The position numbers and the translations under genes were made by a program. From Octopus sinensis (Eukaryota): a DNA stretch of 64,000 bases. The notes below the pieces were generated by a model. The model was not told where the DNA came from. It worked only from the letters and a program-made list of their open reading frames with translations, and searched no databases. This document shows positions 38,411 through 50,172 of the stretch, in pieces. The first letter of the stretch is position 1, and each line of letters begins with the position of its first letter. The stretch covers positions 46,872,001 to 46,936,000 of the forward strand of contig NC_042998.1 of the NCBI RefSeq assembly GCF_006345805.1, given 5' to 3'.

Positions 38411-39062
38411 TATATATATATACATGCATATATTCTTACATATGTTAAACAAATCTGAACACCCCATAACCAGCTTCAGCATTCCACAACTATAAACCCT
38501 GTTTAAAGGAAGCATAAAAATAACCACTCCAGTTTTATGACTGTACTTTTAAAAGGTTAACATTCACAAGTTAAAGACTATTTCTCACTTTTGAATAATT
38601 TTTTTCTGAGATGTTACAAGCATCCAACCGAATGCATCCCTATTATTAGATGTCATTTGTTACTTTTTTAATTTATTTGTGAAGTCTATAAGAATCATTG
38701 TGGTGTATAAAAGATGGAATAGAAATAAAAATGCTCTGACAGTGCAGTTTTTAACAAAATACAGTTATATTATTTCGTTTCTCTATTGGTTTCATGTTTA
38801 GGCGTAAGAACATCAATTCCAAGGGGAGATGCACGCGACTGACACTTTATTTTATCGATAATGATAGATTGCAAGACAAAATTGACTTCGACGAAATTTG
38901 AACTCTGAAGGTGCAGATCGGGAATTAATATCGCAAAGTGTTTTGTTCAAATCTGTAACGATTCTATTAATCCATCGCCTTAGTATATTCCATAACTACA
39001 TTTCGGTTTAAACAGATGTTTTTCTTTTAAATACCGCAGGAACAGAAAAAACAAACAAACTA

Positions 39063-39250
39063 ATAGGCGCAGGAGTGGCCGTGTGGTAAGTAGTTTGTTT
39101 ACCAACCACATGGTTCCGGGTTCAGTCCCACTGCGTGGCACCTTGAGCAAGTGTCTTCTGCTATAGCCCGGGCCGACCAATGCCTTGTGAGTGGATTTGG
39201 TAGACGGAAACTGAAAGAAGCCTGTCGTATATATATATATATATAATATA

Positions 39251-39294
<44 letters not shown>

Positions 39295-39483
39295 ATGTAT
39301 TTGTCCCCCTAGCATTGCTTGACAACCGATGCTGGTGTGTTTACGTCTCCGTCACTTAGCGGTTCGGCAAGAATAAGTACTGGGTTTACAAAGAATAAGT
39401 CCCGGGGTCGATTTGCCCGACTAAAGGCGGTGCTCCAGCATGGCCACAGTCAAATGACTGAAACAAGTAAATGAGAAAGAGAA
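39063..39483 (+). mobile_element. SINE family B
   Basis: Family homology. Confidence 0.9.
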
Positions 39484-39664
39484 TAATAAATATAAAGGAG
39501 ACTGAAATTAATCTCTGGCCGACGATGCGCCGAAAAGTAATTGAGCTAAAATAATGAATAAAGTTTCGTATCAGTTTGGACCTTTGGTGATCGTTTTATT
39601 TTTCGTTCTCCTTCAGACGCAAAGCCTGACATTTGTGTGTATGTGAGGAGGGGGAGGAAGGGTT

Positions 39665-40235
39665 GGGGAGGCCAGTCGATTACATCGACCCCAGTCTTTA
39701 GCTATTCCTTATTTTGTCCACAGAAAGGATAAAAAGCAAAGTCGATCTCGGCAAAATATTAAGTCCTCAACGTAAAGCCGAAGCGTTGAGCTTCTGACCT
39801 GACGTGCTAATGTTTCTGATTTCTTTATTGCCCACAAGGGGCTAAACATAAAGGAAACAAACAAGGACAGACAAAGGGACTAAGTCAATTACATCGACCC
39901 CAGTGCGTAATTGGTAGTTAATTTATCGACCTCGAAAGGATGAAAGGCAAAGTCGACCTCAGCGGAATTTGAACTCAGAACGCAGCGACGGACGAAATAT
40001 CTATTTCTTTACTACCCACAAGGGGCTAAACACAGAGAGGACAAACAATGACAGACAAACAGATTAAGTCGATTATATCGACCCCAGTGCGTAACTGGTA
40101 CTTATTTAATCGACCCCGTAAGGATGAAAGTCAAATTCGACCTCGGCGGAATTTGAACTCAGAACGTAACGATAGACGAAATACTACTAAGCATTTCGCC
40201 CAACGGGCTAATGTTTCTGCCAGCTCGCTGCCTTT
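39665..40235 (-). mobile_element. Tandem multimer of SINE family A
   Basis: Three core copies head-to-tail. Confidence 0.88.
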
Positions 40236-40602
40236 AAACTCCCGTGATCCACTGCCATAATTATCGCAGTGATATGGCTTTGTTGTAAAACATTTTTTTT
40301 TCTATTCACGGTAGGTTAACAATAATTTTCCCATTTCGAATCACTGTTGACAAAGAAAAAGAAGCCAGTCAGCTGAATCCTTGTAATATTCTGCCTCAAA
40401 ATGATCGCTGCTGGATGTCTAATGCTTGCTTACAAAACTATATAAAATGTAATAGTTACTTGTTTGTTTCGCCTAAGCAGGGACTAATTAGTGATGGGAT
40501 ATTAGAGAAGCAAAGATTAATGCTTTTGTATAGTGTTCGGTCCACTGTATTATTTGAAAAATATTTGCAAATTTCGAAATATTACAAATATATGTATATA
40601 TA

Positions 40603-40642
<40 letters not shown>

Positions 40643-40762
40643 ACATCACAATCAACGGCCATAATAGGCCATTCACCCACTAGAAATAACAGCCAAAGCT
40701 TCAACCGCAAATAAAAATCAACTCCGTAAACCAGGAGAAAATTAAAAAACATTTACCCTGTA

Positions 40763-40869
40763 ATTTCTTATACGATGCACCGTTTCATCTACTGTTTAAT
40801 GGTAAACTAACCTGATTAAATTAAATCAAGCCAATCTTCCATAGGCCCTTAGATTCATCAGTAAGAAAT
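40763..40869 (-). ncRNA. Type I hammerhead ribozyme, canonical core (copy 1)
   Basis: Reverse complement of 41735-41841; predicted cut between 40771 and 40770. Confidence 0.9.
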
Positions 40870-41250
40870 AGCCAAGTCGGAACAGATATTTTCACGAGGC
40901 ATTTCCGACCCTGCCTCGGCAATATCTGACCTAAAATTTTCAAATCATCGCACTCGCGCCAAATTTATCGGCAGCAAATAAATATAAGCCGCCGATTCCA
41001 TTACGGAATTAACCAGAAAATTCATAATTAATCAATATAGGGTGGCAAAAAAATTTTGTAGAATTTTTTTGCCACCAGCGGCCTAGTGGGAAAAAATTAA
41101 ATAGTCATAGACCATTTTTAAGTTCAACATCACAATCAAGGAACGGCCATAATAGGCCATTCACCCACTAGAAATAACAGCCAAAGCTTCAACCGCAAAT
41201 AAAAATCAATTCCGTAAACCAGGAGAAAATTAAAGAACATTTACCCTGTA

Positions 41251-41357
41251 ATTTCTTATACGATGCACCGTTTCATCTACTGTTTAATGGTAAACTAACC
41301 TGATTAAATTAAATCAAGCCAATCTTCCATAGGCCCTTAGATTCATCAGTAAGAAAT
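41251..41357 (-). ncRNA. Type I hammerhead ribozyme, canonical core (copy 2)
   Basis: Identical to copy 1 and 488 bp from it; predicted cut between 41259 and 41258. Confidence 0.9.
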
Positions 41358-41734
41358 AGCCAAGTCGGAACAGATATTTTCACGAGGCATTTCCGACCCT
41401 GCCTCGGCAATATCTGACCTAAAATTTTCAAATCATCGCACTCGCGCCAAATTTATCGGCAGCAAATAAATGATGTTGAACTTAAAAATGGTCTATGACT
41501 ATTTAATTTTTTCCCACTAGGCCGCTGGTGGCAAAAAAATTCTACAAAATTTTTTTTGCCACCCTATATTGATTAATTATGAATTTTCTGGTTAATTCCG
41601 TAATGGAATCGGCGGCTTATATTTATTTGCTGCCGATAAATTTGGCGCGAGTGCGATGATTTGAAAATTTTAGGTCAGATATTGCCGAGGCAGGGTCGGA
41701 AATGCCTCGTGAAAATATCTGTTCCGACTTGGCT

Positions 41735-41841
41735 ATTTCTTACTGATGAATCTAAGGGCCTATGGAAGATTGGCTTGATTTAATTTAATCAGGTTAGTTT
41801 ACCATTAAACAGTAGATGAAACGGTGCATCGTATAAGAAAT
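41735..41841 (+). ncRNA. Type I hammerhead ribozyme, canonical core (copy 3)
   Basis: Stem I ATTTCTTA/TAAGAAAT; CTGATGA 41743-41749; stem II ATCTA..TAGAT; GAAA 41818-41821; stem III ACGG-TGCA-TCGT; GUA cut after 41833. Confidence 0.9.
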
Positions 41842-42064
41842 TACAGGGTAAATGTTTTTTATTTTCTCCTGGTTTACGGAATTGATTTTTATTGCGGTTG
41901 AAGCTTTGGCTGTTATTTCTAGTGGGTGAATGGCCTATTATGGCCGTTCCTTGATTGTGATGTTGAACTTAAAAATGGTCTATGACTATTTAATTTTTTC
42001 CCTCACTAGCCGCTGGTGGCAAAAAAATTCTACAAAATTTTTTTGCCACCCTATATTGATTAAT

Positions 42065-42067
<3 letters not shown>

Positions 42068-42129
<62 letters not shown>

Positions 42130-42167
42130 TTATATATATATATGTATATATGTATATGTATATATGT

Positions 42168-42200
<33 letters not shown>

Positions 42201-42415
42201 TATATGTATATGTATATATGTATATATATATATGTATATACATATAATTATATATATACATATATGATATATATCTATGTATAATATATATGTATATATA
42301 TATGTAATATATATATGTATATATATATTATATGTATATATATATGTATATATATATATGTATATATATATGTATATATAATATGTATATATATATATAT
42401 ATGTATATATATATG

Positions 42416-42464
<49 letters not shown>

Positions 42465-42527
42465 GTATATATATACATATGTATATATATACATATGTAT
42501 ATATGTATATATATATGTATATGTATG

Positions 42528-42559
<32 letters not shown>

Positions 42560-42575
42560 TGTATGTATGTATGCG
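42068..42575. repeat. Compound (TA)n/(TATATG)n/(TATG)n microsatellite
   Basis: Direct reading. Confidence 0.97.
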
Positions 42576-42589
42576 TGTGTGTGCGTTTA

Positions 42590-42825
42590 TGAAGGCGCAT
42601 ATCCTAGTGGTTCGCTGTGGTGGGTTCGATTCCCAGACCGGGCTGTACGTTGTGTTCTTGAGCAAAATAGTCCCTCTTTTGGTCAGTGTGTGTGAGGGGG
42701 GGGATGGGAATGTTAGTTTTCTCGCCTAGCCAGTTGGGTGGCGTCATCCAAAGGCTAAAACGATGCAAAATGCATCATGACCAGCGATGTTTAACATCAT
42801 CTGATAGTCTGGTCGGTCAAGTGAT
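42590..42825 (+). mobile_element. SINE family D, decayed
   Basis: 3' half homologous to 63396-63697 (TTAGCCAG..GGTGGCGT..GGCTAAAAC..GACCAGCGATG). Confidence 0.75.
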
Positions 42826-42847
42826 GTGTGTATATATGTGTATATAG

Positions 42848-42881
<34 letters not shown>

Positions 42882-43029
42882 ACTTTGTTTTATTTCAAAT
42901 TATAGTGCTACACCAATCGAATGTCTTTTCAAGAAGCAATATGGTTTGCACACTCGGAAAAAAAGGCTGATAATGGGTGAACAAGTTATAGGCGTATGAG
43001 ACGCGAATATTTCTTTGGAATTTTAGCAC

Positions 43030-43220
43030 AAGGCTAGCAATTTTGAGGGAGTTGGAAAGTCGATTACTAGTCAGTACATGACTAGTACTAATTTTATTGA
43101 CTACAAAATGAAGAAAGACAAAGTTGACCTCGGTTCGATTTAAACTCAGAACGTAAAGCGCCGAAAGAAATTCTGCTAAGCATTTTATCCGGCGCGATAA
43201 TGATTCTGCCACCTCACTGC
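43030..43220 (-). mobile_element. SINE family A, decayed
   Basis: Family homology. Confidence 0.8.
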
Positions 43221-44589
43221 ATCATGTAGCGCAAATATTGAGGTGAGATGTCCTGGATTTGAAACTAGATTTACACTGTCATACCTCCCACGCATTACGG
43301 CTTAAAAAGGCTAACAGTAGTTGTTGAACTATACACAGAAGTAGATAGTAAGGCATCATAGATTTAGTAATGGTATTGTGAAAGAAAAATTCGCTGTGGC
43401 TACGAGTGAAGATGAAAAAAATTCCTGAACAAGTGGTAAAACGAAATATATTCTGCATGTTTACGGTAGTTCAAATTACCCTTGGTTTGGTGTGATGACA
43501 GCATCAATAGAAGGAAGATAAACAAAAGTGTACTGCTGTATGGGCCTAGCAAGTCCAACATTCTTGGCAGTTCGACACCACATGAAGAAGAAATTGTGTC
43601 GGAATATACCAAAATCGTTGATGAAGGGATCGCCACTCAAAGCAAACTATTAACAGAAATACACACACACACACGCATACACACACACACGCACACACAC
43701 ACGCGCGCACACACACATACACACACACACACAATCATGTCTATGTATATAAACAATGATATAGGTGGTTAGAAATGTGTTTCTACGCAGATATATACAT
43801 GTATTTACAAGTTTATACATGCATGCGTTCATTTAGATATGTGTATGCGTGTGTATTTATACATACATACACTTATCTGAGCGTAACTATATATATGCGT
43901 ACGTATAAAACACCATTCGTGTTTATGTGTTTTGTATTACTACGTGTTTCTGTTTGTATATATATATATATATATGTATATATATACGTACATTTATATG
44001 CATCAACCTCTGTTCTTAATGCATATGTTTATGTTAGAAAAACAGAACATTTCTGCTTGCCAAGTGAGGTCCAAATGTTTTAACATTGCTCAAAGCCTTA
44101 TCAAGTTACTGCAAGCTTAAGAAAAAATATACACGACCACTTGATTTCACGATAAAACATTGACAATCAGTTCCTCTCTCCCTCAAACCGTTTGTATTAT
44201 TTTTAATCGCAAACCCTTTCTCTCTTGTCCAGCTATTATTTAGTCGCCAACAATTTATGCATTGGTGTTTAATCTACGAAATCTGGGTCACTTAGTTGTT
44301 TTTTTTTTCTCTTTCTTTAAATCTAAACCTACTGATGTAAGTGAGCATGTGTGGAATTCGGGGTTCATTTCTTCCCACAGTAATAGCTGTTGACATTTAT
44401 TTAAATGAATAAAGTAATTTTTTCAGGTGGTCTTGAAAATTAAACAGTACGCGAATAGAAGTCATCTTATGTTAGTTGTTGTTTCAAATATACGTTATTT
44501 AAAATTATTTATCCTATATGCTAAACGAAAAGTCCTCCTGTTTTTGTCCGACCATCCCTTTATTTAGGTTTTAGTGCACCCTAATTAGA

Positions 44590-44975
44590 AGGCAGCGAGC
44601 TGGCAGAATCGTTAGTCCACCGGGCGAAGTGCTTAGCGGTATTTCTTCAGTCTTTTCGTTCTGAGTTCAAATTCCGCCGAGGTTGACTTTGCCTTTCATC
44701 CTTTTGGGGTCGATTAAATAAGTACCAGTTACGCACTGGGTCGATATAATCGACTTAATCTGTTTGTCCTCTCTGTGTTTAGCCCCTTGTGGGTAGTAAA
44801 GAAATAGGTATTTCGTTTGTCTTTACGTTCTGAGTACAAATTCCGCCGAGTTCGACTTTGCTTTTCATCCTTTCGGGGTCGATTAATTAAGTACCAGTTA
44901 CATACTTGGGTCGATCTAATCAATTGGCCCCCTTCCCCGAAATTTCGGGCCTTGTGCCTAGAGTAGAAAAGAAAA
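44590..44975 (+). mobile_element. SINE family A dimer (tail A, then a truncated copy with tail B)
   Basis: Junction GAAATAGGTATTTC at 44801-44814. Confidence 0.9.
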
Positions 44976-45412
44976 GTTAGTTGCTCCTTAAGCAATAAAT
45001 TCCTATTGCTTATTAGATTTTGTACCTACCTCCTCTCAGATGATGTGCTGAAGTAGCTGCTTTCTATTGAACCAAATATAGTAAATATTTCCTGCAGTCC
45101 AACGGTGGTTTAAAATGTAATATCAAATGACTGGTTTGAATTCAGTCATTAATGAACGAAGTTAATATCTGCTCAGTATCATAATATCTGCTTTATTATC
45201 TGGACCACCTTTACAAATCTGATGGTAACATCACAATAAATTGTATTAAGATAAAAATAATAGTAATGGTTTCAACATTTGGCACAAGGCAAGTACTTTT
45301 AGGAAGTAGGGGATTAGTTGAATGATCAGTTCATATATGATTTCGGTTTACATGTTTTCCAAATAACTAAGTATTGAAGTTAAATAAACTTTCATATATA
45401 TTTGGAAGGTTT

Positions 45413-45832
45413 AAGGCGGTGAGCTGGCAGAAACGTTAGCACGCCGGGCGAAAGGCTTAGCGGTATTTCGTCTGTCGTTACGTTCTGAATTCAAATTCCG
45501 CCGTGGTCGACTTTGCTTTTCATCATTTCGGGGTCGATAAATAAAGTACCAGTTACGCACTGGGGTCGATGTAATCGACTTAATACCTATGTCTGTCCTT
45601 GTTTGTCCCCTCTGTGTTTAGCCCTTTGTGGGTAATAAAGAAATAGGTATTTCGTCTGTCGTTACGTTCTGAATTCAAATTCCGCCGAGGTTGACTTTGC
45701 CTTTCATCCTTTCGGGTTCGATAAATAAAGTACCAGTTTCGCACTGGGGTCGATGTAATCGACTTAATCCCTTTGTCTGTCCCTGTTTGTCCCCTCTATG
45801 TTTAGCCCCTTGTGGGCAATAAAGAAATATAT
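45413..45832 (+). mobile_element. SINE family A dimer (tail A twice)
   Basis: Junction GAAATAGGTATTTC at 45640-45653. Confidence 0.9.
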
Positions 45833-45879
45833 ATTTGGAAGGTTTAAGAAAGTTCGTTACTAAACTTTTTCTATCTACT

Positions 45880-46830
45880 TGAAGTTTTCAATTTTTTACC
45901 AGATTATTTTCATAAATTGTAGTTTTGATGTAGTTTTGCATGCTGATGACGAAAATTGCATTCACTTTCTCTAGAAATTAAAAATAAAAGATTCACAAAC
46001 GTTTAGAATTATGCAATTTTAGCCAATCGGCAGTCTACATTATCAAGCATACCGGACGTTGTGATTATTTGTCATCACCACCATTTTCCATTAAACTTTG
46101 TATACGATTTTATCATTTGAAAAGATAAAAAAAAAAGCAAGTCCATTTGAGACTGATTTTTAATTTAAATGTTACTATCGCTCAACAAGTAATAAAGGAT
46201 GTTGTGACACAATTTTACGTCCTTTTTATATTTTTATATTTTCCTATTTTTCAAACATTATGATGTTAACATAGATTTAGTTGCTATTTCTAGTAGGTTT
46301 TGAATGTGTTGTTTCCATGGGGGACAAACAATTGAAACATCTGATATGCCAGGCAATAAAGGCTGCCGATTGGCTAAAGTTGCATAATTTTAAACGCTTG
46401 TAACTTCACTACGATGAATTTCTATAAAACAGAATGAATGCAATGTAAAGTATAAAAGCCATCTCAATATGGCTAACCACAAAGGGGGGGGGGTTACTGT
46501 AGCTTTTTAGCCCCAGGAGATCATCGTCTCCAGCTGGCTTTAGACACACTTTCTGTGCCCTTAAAGTATTTGCAAAGGGAGGCCATCCCTTCCTCGTAAG
46601 CCTGAGTGATACGCACCGGACCGGTTTCGAGATTATTGTCTCTTATCAACGGGCGGTAATCACCAGGTCACGATGAAAGACAAGGCCTGCTTGCAAATAT
46701 ATAAGAGTTTTTCTAGTGACGTCTGCCACTGATTTCGAAAAAGAATGAATGCAATTATCGTCATTAGTATGCAAAACTACATTTTTTGAAAATAATCCAG
46801 TGAAAATTCGAAAAGCTCCAAGTGGCAGGA
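45880..46830. mobile_element. Nested degenerate inverted-repeat elements (MITE-like)
   Basis: ~45890-45975 is an inverted match to ~46735-46830; ~45955-46035 is an inverted match to ~46363-46447 (TTAGCCAATCGGCAG/CTGCCGATTGGCTAA). Confidence 0.55.
46616..46652 (-). ncRNA. Minimal type I hammerhead, U3-A8 core (UUGAUAA), within a pseudo-LTR-like repeat 46452-46655
   Basis: CCG-TTGATAA-GAGA-CAATAA-TCTC-GAAA-CCGG-TC-CGG. Confidence 0.65.
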
Positions 46831-47374
46831 AAAATTTAACAATATTCGTTCGTTGATTAGCTATCCTCAGTGATGCTAATACAACCTTTTGCAAGAAGCA
46901 AATCTGTAGAGTAACATAGCAAGCGAATTTGCTTTTATAATATATTAAAATGAAACTTATAGTGGGAATAAAAGCTTTGCGTAATTATTTTGCATGCATT
47001 TCATTTCTTCAGCATCCAACCGGACTTGATTGCTAAGTTTTAGGTAACGTGGGTAACATGTCGCTGATAGACTTATTGATTTAGTTACAAGTGGATCTAG
47101 GGATGCTGTAACAAAAAAAATTGGAGTTCGAAAATACATGAAATTAGTGTGGTTCAGTGTGTAAAGGGCTGGTAGGTAAGCTGGAAGTGGGGTTTAGAAA
47201 CGACAAAGATATTTTGCTCAGGTAGAGATGCGATATGACAAGAAATTCAATAGGCAGTCACTCTTTTGATTAGCTTTGATGCTTTCCTGTAATATCGTCC
47301 CCAAAACACTCCTGGAGAACTTTGTTGCGAGGCTAGAGGGAAAAAAGTAAAAGGTAATAGGTTTGAAGTTAATT

Positions 47375-47586
47375 CAAACGAGGATTCCAGTTGATCCAGT
47401 CAACAGAACAACCTGCTCATGAAATTAACTTGAAATATTAGTACTACTCATTTTTGGTTGCTGGGTTAACCGAAGCAAGGCGAAATAAAGTTTCTTGCTC
47501 AAGGACATAACGCGCCGCCGGGAATCGAACTCGCAACCTGACTATCGTGAGACGAATACCCTAACCACTAAGCCACGCGCCTTCAC
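47375..47586 (-). mobile_element. tRNA-derived SINE (family C-related head)
   Basis: GAAGGCGCGTGGCTTAGTGGTTAGGG head, GAGTTCGATTCCC B box, GTCCTTGAGCAAG block. Confidence 0.82.
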
Positions 47587-48317
47587 TTAGGTGTGTATAC
47601 ATACAATATAATCGTCCGTGCGCGTAAGTTTGAGTGTGTATTTTATGTGTGTGTGTTTGAGAGAGAGAAAGAGATAGATAGATCGATAGATAGATAGATA
47701 GATAGATAGATGGAGAGAGAGAGAGAGAGAGGGAGAGATGGAAAGAGAGAGAGAGAGGGGGGAGAGGAAGTGTATTTAGGTACCGATATCGGTTAGCCAT
47801 AAAAGCAACCAAGTACATGCGTAACTACCAGAAAACTTTACTTCTGTCTGATAGGTTATTTCAGCAGACAGCTGAGGAGAAACATTCTCAGATATTTGAT
47901 CTAGTCAGTGGTCACGTTACTGAGAAAAGACACGTGTACACAGAAAATATATACAATATCAGTCCCATTAACCTACTAACACAGTTAAATATCTTGTTTA
48001 AGGTATTGGCGAAACCAATGGAAGCTGTTCACTTTAACATAATTGGACCTAACAAGTAGATATATTGTGTGATAAACTATTGAGAGGGTATGCATCAGAT
48101 AAGATTTTAGTGGTTCCCTGTTCGAAATAAATTAGAGGTTGATGTTTCTCAAAAAAGATCAAATACCAGTACCCATTGGCCAACTGAACTGCTTCAGGCT
48201 TCATGTTCTATACGGAATGCGTTTTGTGTCCGAATCTATATAGCTATATAAGAAAGAATATTAAACAGGTGAAGAATATATAAAGTGTAGCCAAATAAAT
48301 TTATGAGTTGATTTCAA

Positions 48318-48545
48318 AGACGGCGAGTTGGTAGAATCATTAGAACGTCGGACAATCTTCTTGGCAACATTTCTTCCTATTCTTTACGTTCTGAATTCCA
48401 GTACCGCCTAGGTCAACTTTAACTTACTTCCATTCAGGGTCGATAAAATAAAGTAGTAGCTAAGCACTGGAACGGGGTGGGGTTGATGTAAATCACTAAC
48501 ACCCTAACTACGTTTCAGGCCTTGTACCTATAGTGAAAACAATAT
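48318..48545 (+). mobile_element. SINE family A, tail B, decayed
   Basis: Family homology. Confidence 0.8.
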
Positions 48546-49291
48546 TAGTTGATTCCTAATATGTTTTGTATTGAGAAATAAAGGAGAAACTCTTCATACA
48601 TTTGATCGCACGAATACATGTGGTCACAGGTCTGCTTTGCCAGTTGACACCTACAGTTAAATAACAAACAATAACACTTATTATTACATTAACAAAGAAA
48701 TCTTGTGACCATGTGTGTGCGTGTCATCACCATCATGTTTTTTTGTAGTATTTTGTTTTTGTCACAGGTGATTGTAATTTAGTTACAACTTGAAGAAGAA
48801 CAGACGACTGTGCAGAGGCTTCATGTTTGGTTTCCTTCATAAGAACTCAGCAGATATTCCGGTATGTCTGAATAAGCATGCATTGAATTTGAAGTTTTAC
48901 TACGTAAGCTGATCAACTTCCGAAACTTCTCGATCGAGCTTAGACACACCTGAAATATCATGATTAAACTACTTACAGGTAACAATAAAATGATTTTACA
49001 AAATGGGCTACAACGATTTGCATAAATCACGCATTAGCTGGCTGACACACCGTCGGTTATGACGACGAGAGTTGATCCGGTCAATGGAACAGCATGCTTG
49101 TGAAATTAACGTGCAAATGGCCGAGCACTCATACTGAGAGTAGATTCAAATTTGTGAAGTTGGCTGGTGCTTCACAATAAATATAGGCATACATACGTGC
49201 ATACATGCATATATAAATATGCGTGTGTGTGTATGTGCGTGCCCGTATGTTTCTGACTGTGTATGCATGTATTTTATACATACGCATACCA

Positions 49292-49349
<58 letters not shown>

Positions 49350-49561
49350 ATATGGTTGGTATTTATATATAAAATATATGTATATATAAAATATGTATGC
49401 ATGTATGTATACATACACACACGTGCGCGCACGCCCACACAAAATAGCGAACACACATACACATGATATGTACTTTGGCAATTCGTGGGTAGTCTGCGAT
49501 TGTTAAAACACTTGAAAGTCATAGATAAGCGAGATAACTCGCATCAGGTCCCATTACAGGA

Positions 49562-49608
49562 GCGATAGACATTAATGTTTCGTCATCCCTGTGATTTGTC
49601 AATACCGC
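49562..49608 (-). ncRNA. Minimal type I hammerhead-like motif, U3-A8 core (UUGACAA)
   Basis: Stem I GCGGTA/TATCGC, imperfect stem II, GAAA, palindromic stem III ACATTAATGT, GUC. Confidence 0.55.
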
Positions 49609-49691
49609 GTACTCGAAACGAGATCTGAAGTGTATACATACATACATACATACATACTACATACATACATACTACATACATACATACATAC

Positions 49692-49741
<50 letters not shown>

Positions 49742-49762
49742 CTCACACATATATACACATTC

Positions 49763-49823
<61 letters not shown>

Positions 49824-49824
49824 T

Positions 49825-49857
<33 letters not shown>

Positions 49858-50118
49858 TTGTACGTAAATATTGAACAGTAAGAATGAGTACTCAATCCGG
49901 CATTGGTGGACAAAGAATTCTTTATTTGTGGATTAAGGCTGCCATTGGTTTCATGTCGAGGAATCCCTTAATAATTATCAAAGCTATCACGCAGAACATT
50001 GGTGTTCGTCACAATTTTGATCTTTCAGTGTAACGTGGAGACGAACGCTAATGTTCCTTCTGATGTGTTTGATAATTGTTAAGGGTTTCCTTAACATGAA
50101 ACGAGTGTTAGCCTTAAT

Positions 50119-50172
<54 letters not shown>

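Larger units (their letters stand above)
40641..42067. mobile_element. Retrozyme-like array of a ~488-bp non-coding monomer (tandem plus inverted), flanked by (TA)n
   Basis: Left arm 40641-41470 (about 1.7 monomers), right arm 41471-42067 (about 1.2 monomers, inverted); near-identical copies, each with a hammerhead. Confidence 0.85.

Noticed and set aside
40641-42067. Helitron tandem array reading of the 488-bp unit (hairpin followed by CTAG, TC start)
   Set aside because: About 37 nt separate CTAG from the next TC start, so there is no clean head-to-tail junction; the canonical hammerhead explains the unit better
39665-45832. CRISPR-like appearance of recurring repeats
   Set aside because: The repeats are SINE cores and long monomers with no regular unique spacers, no cas genes, and a eukaryotic context
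48821-48950. Minus-strand exon after a TTTCAG acceptor
   Set aside because: No convincing donor or recognisable peptide
50048-50115. TTGATAA plus an 8-bp hairpin plus GAAA as a U3-A8 hammerhead
   Set aside because: The cleavage position is G and stem I does not adjoin the core
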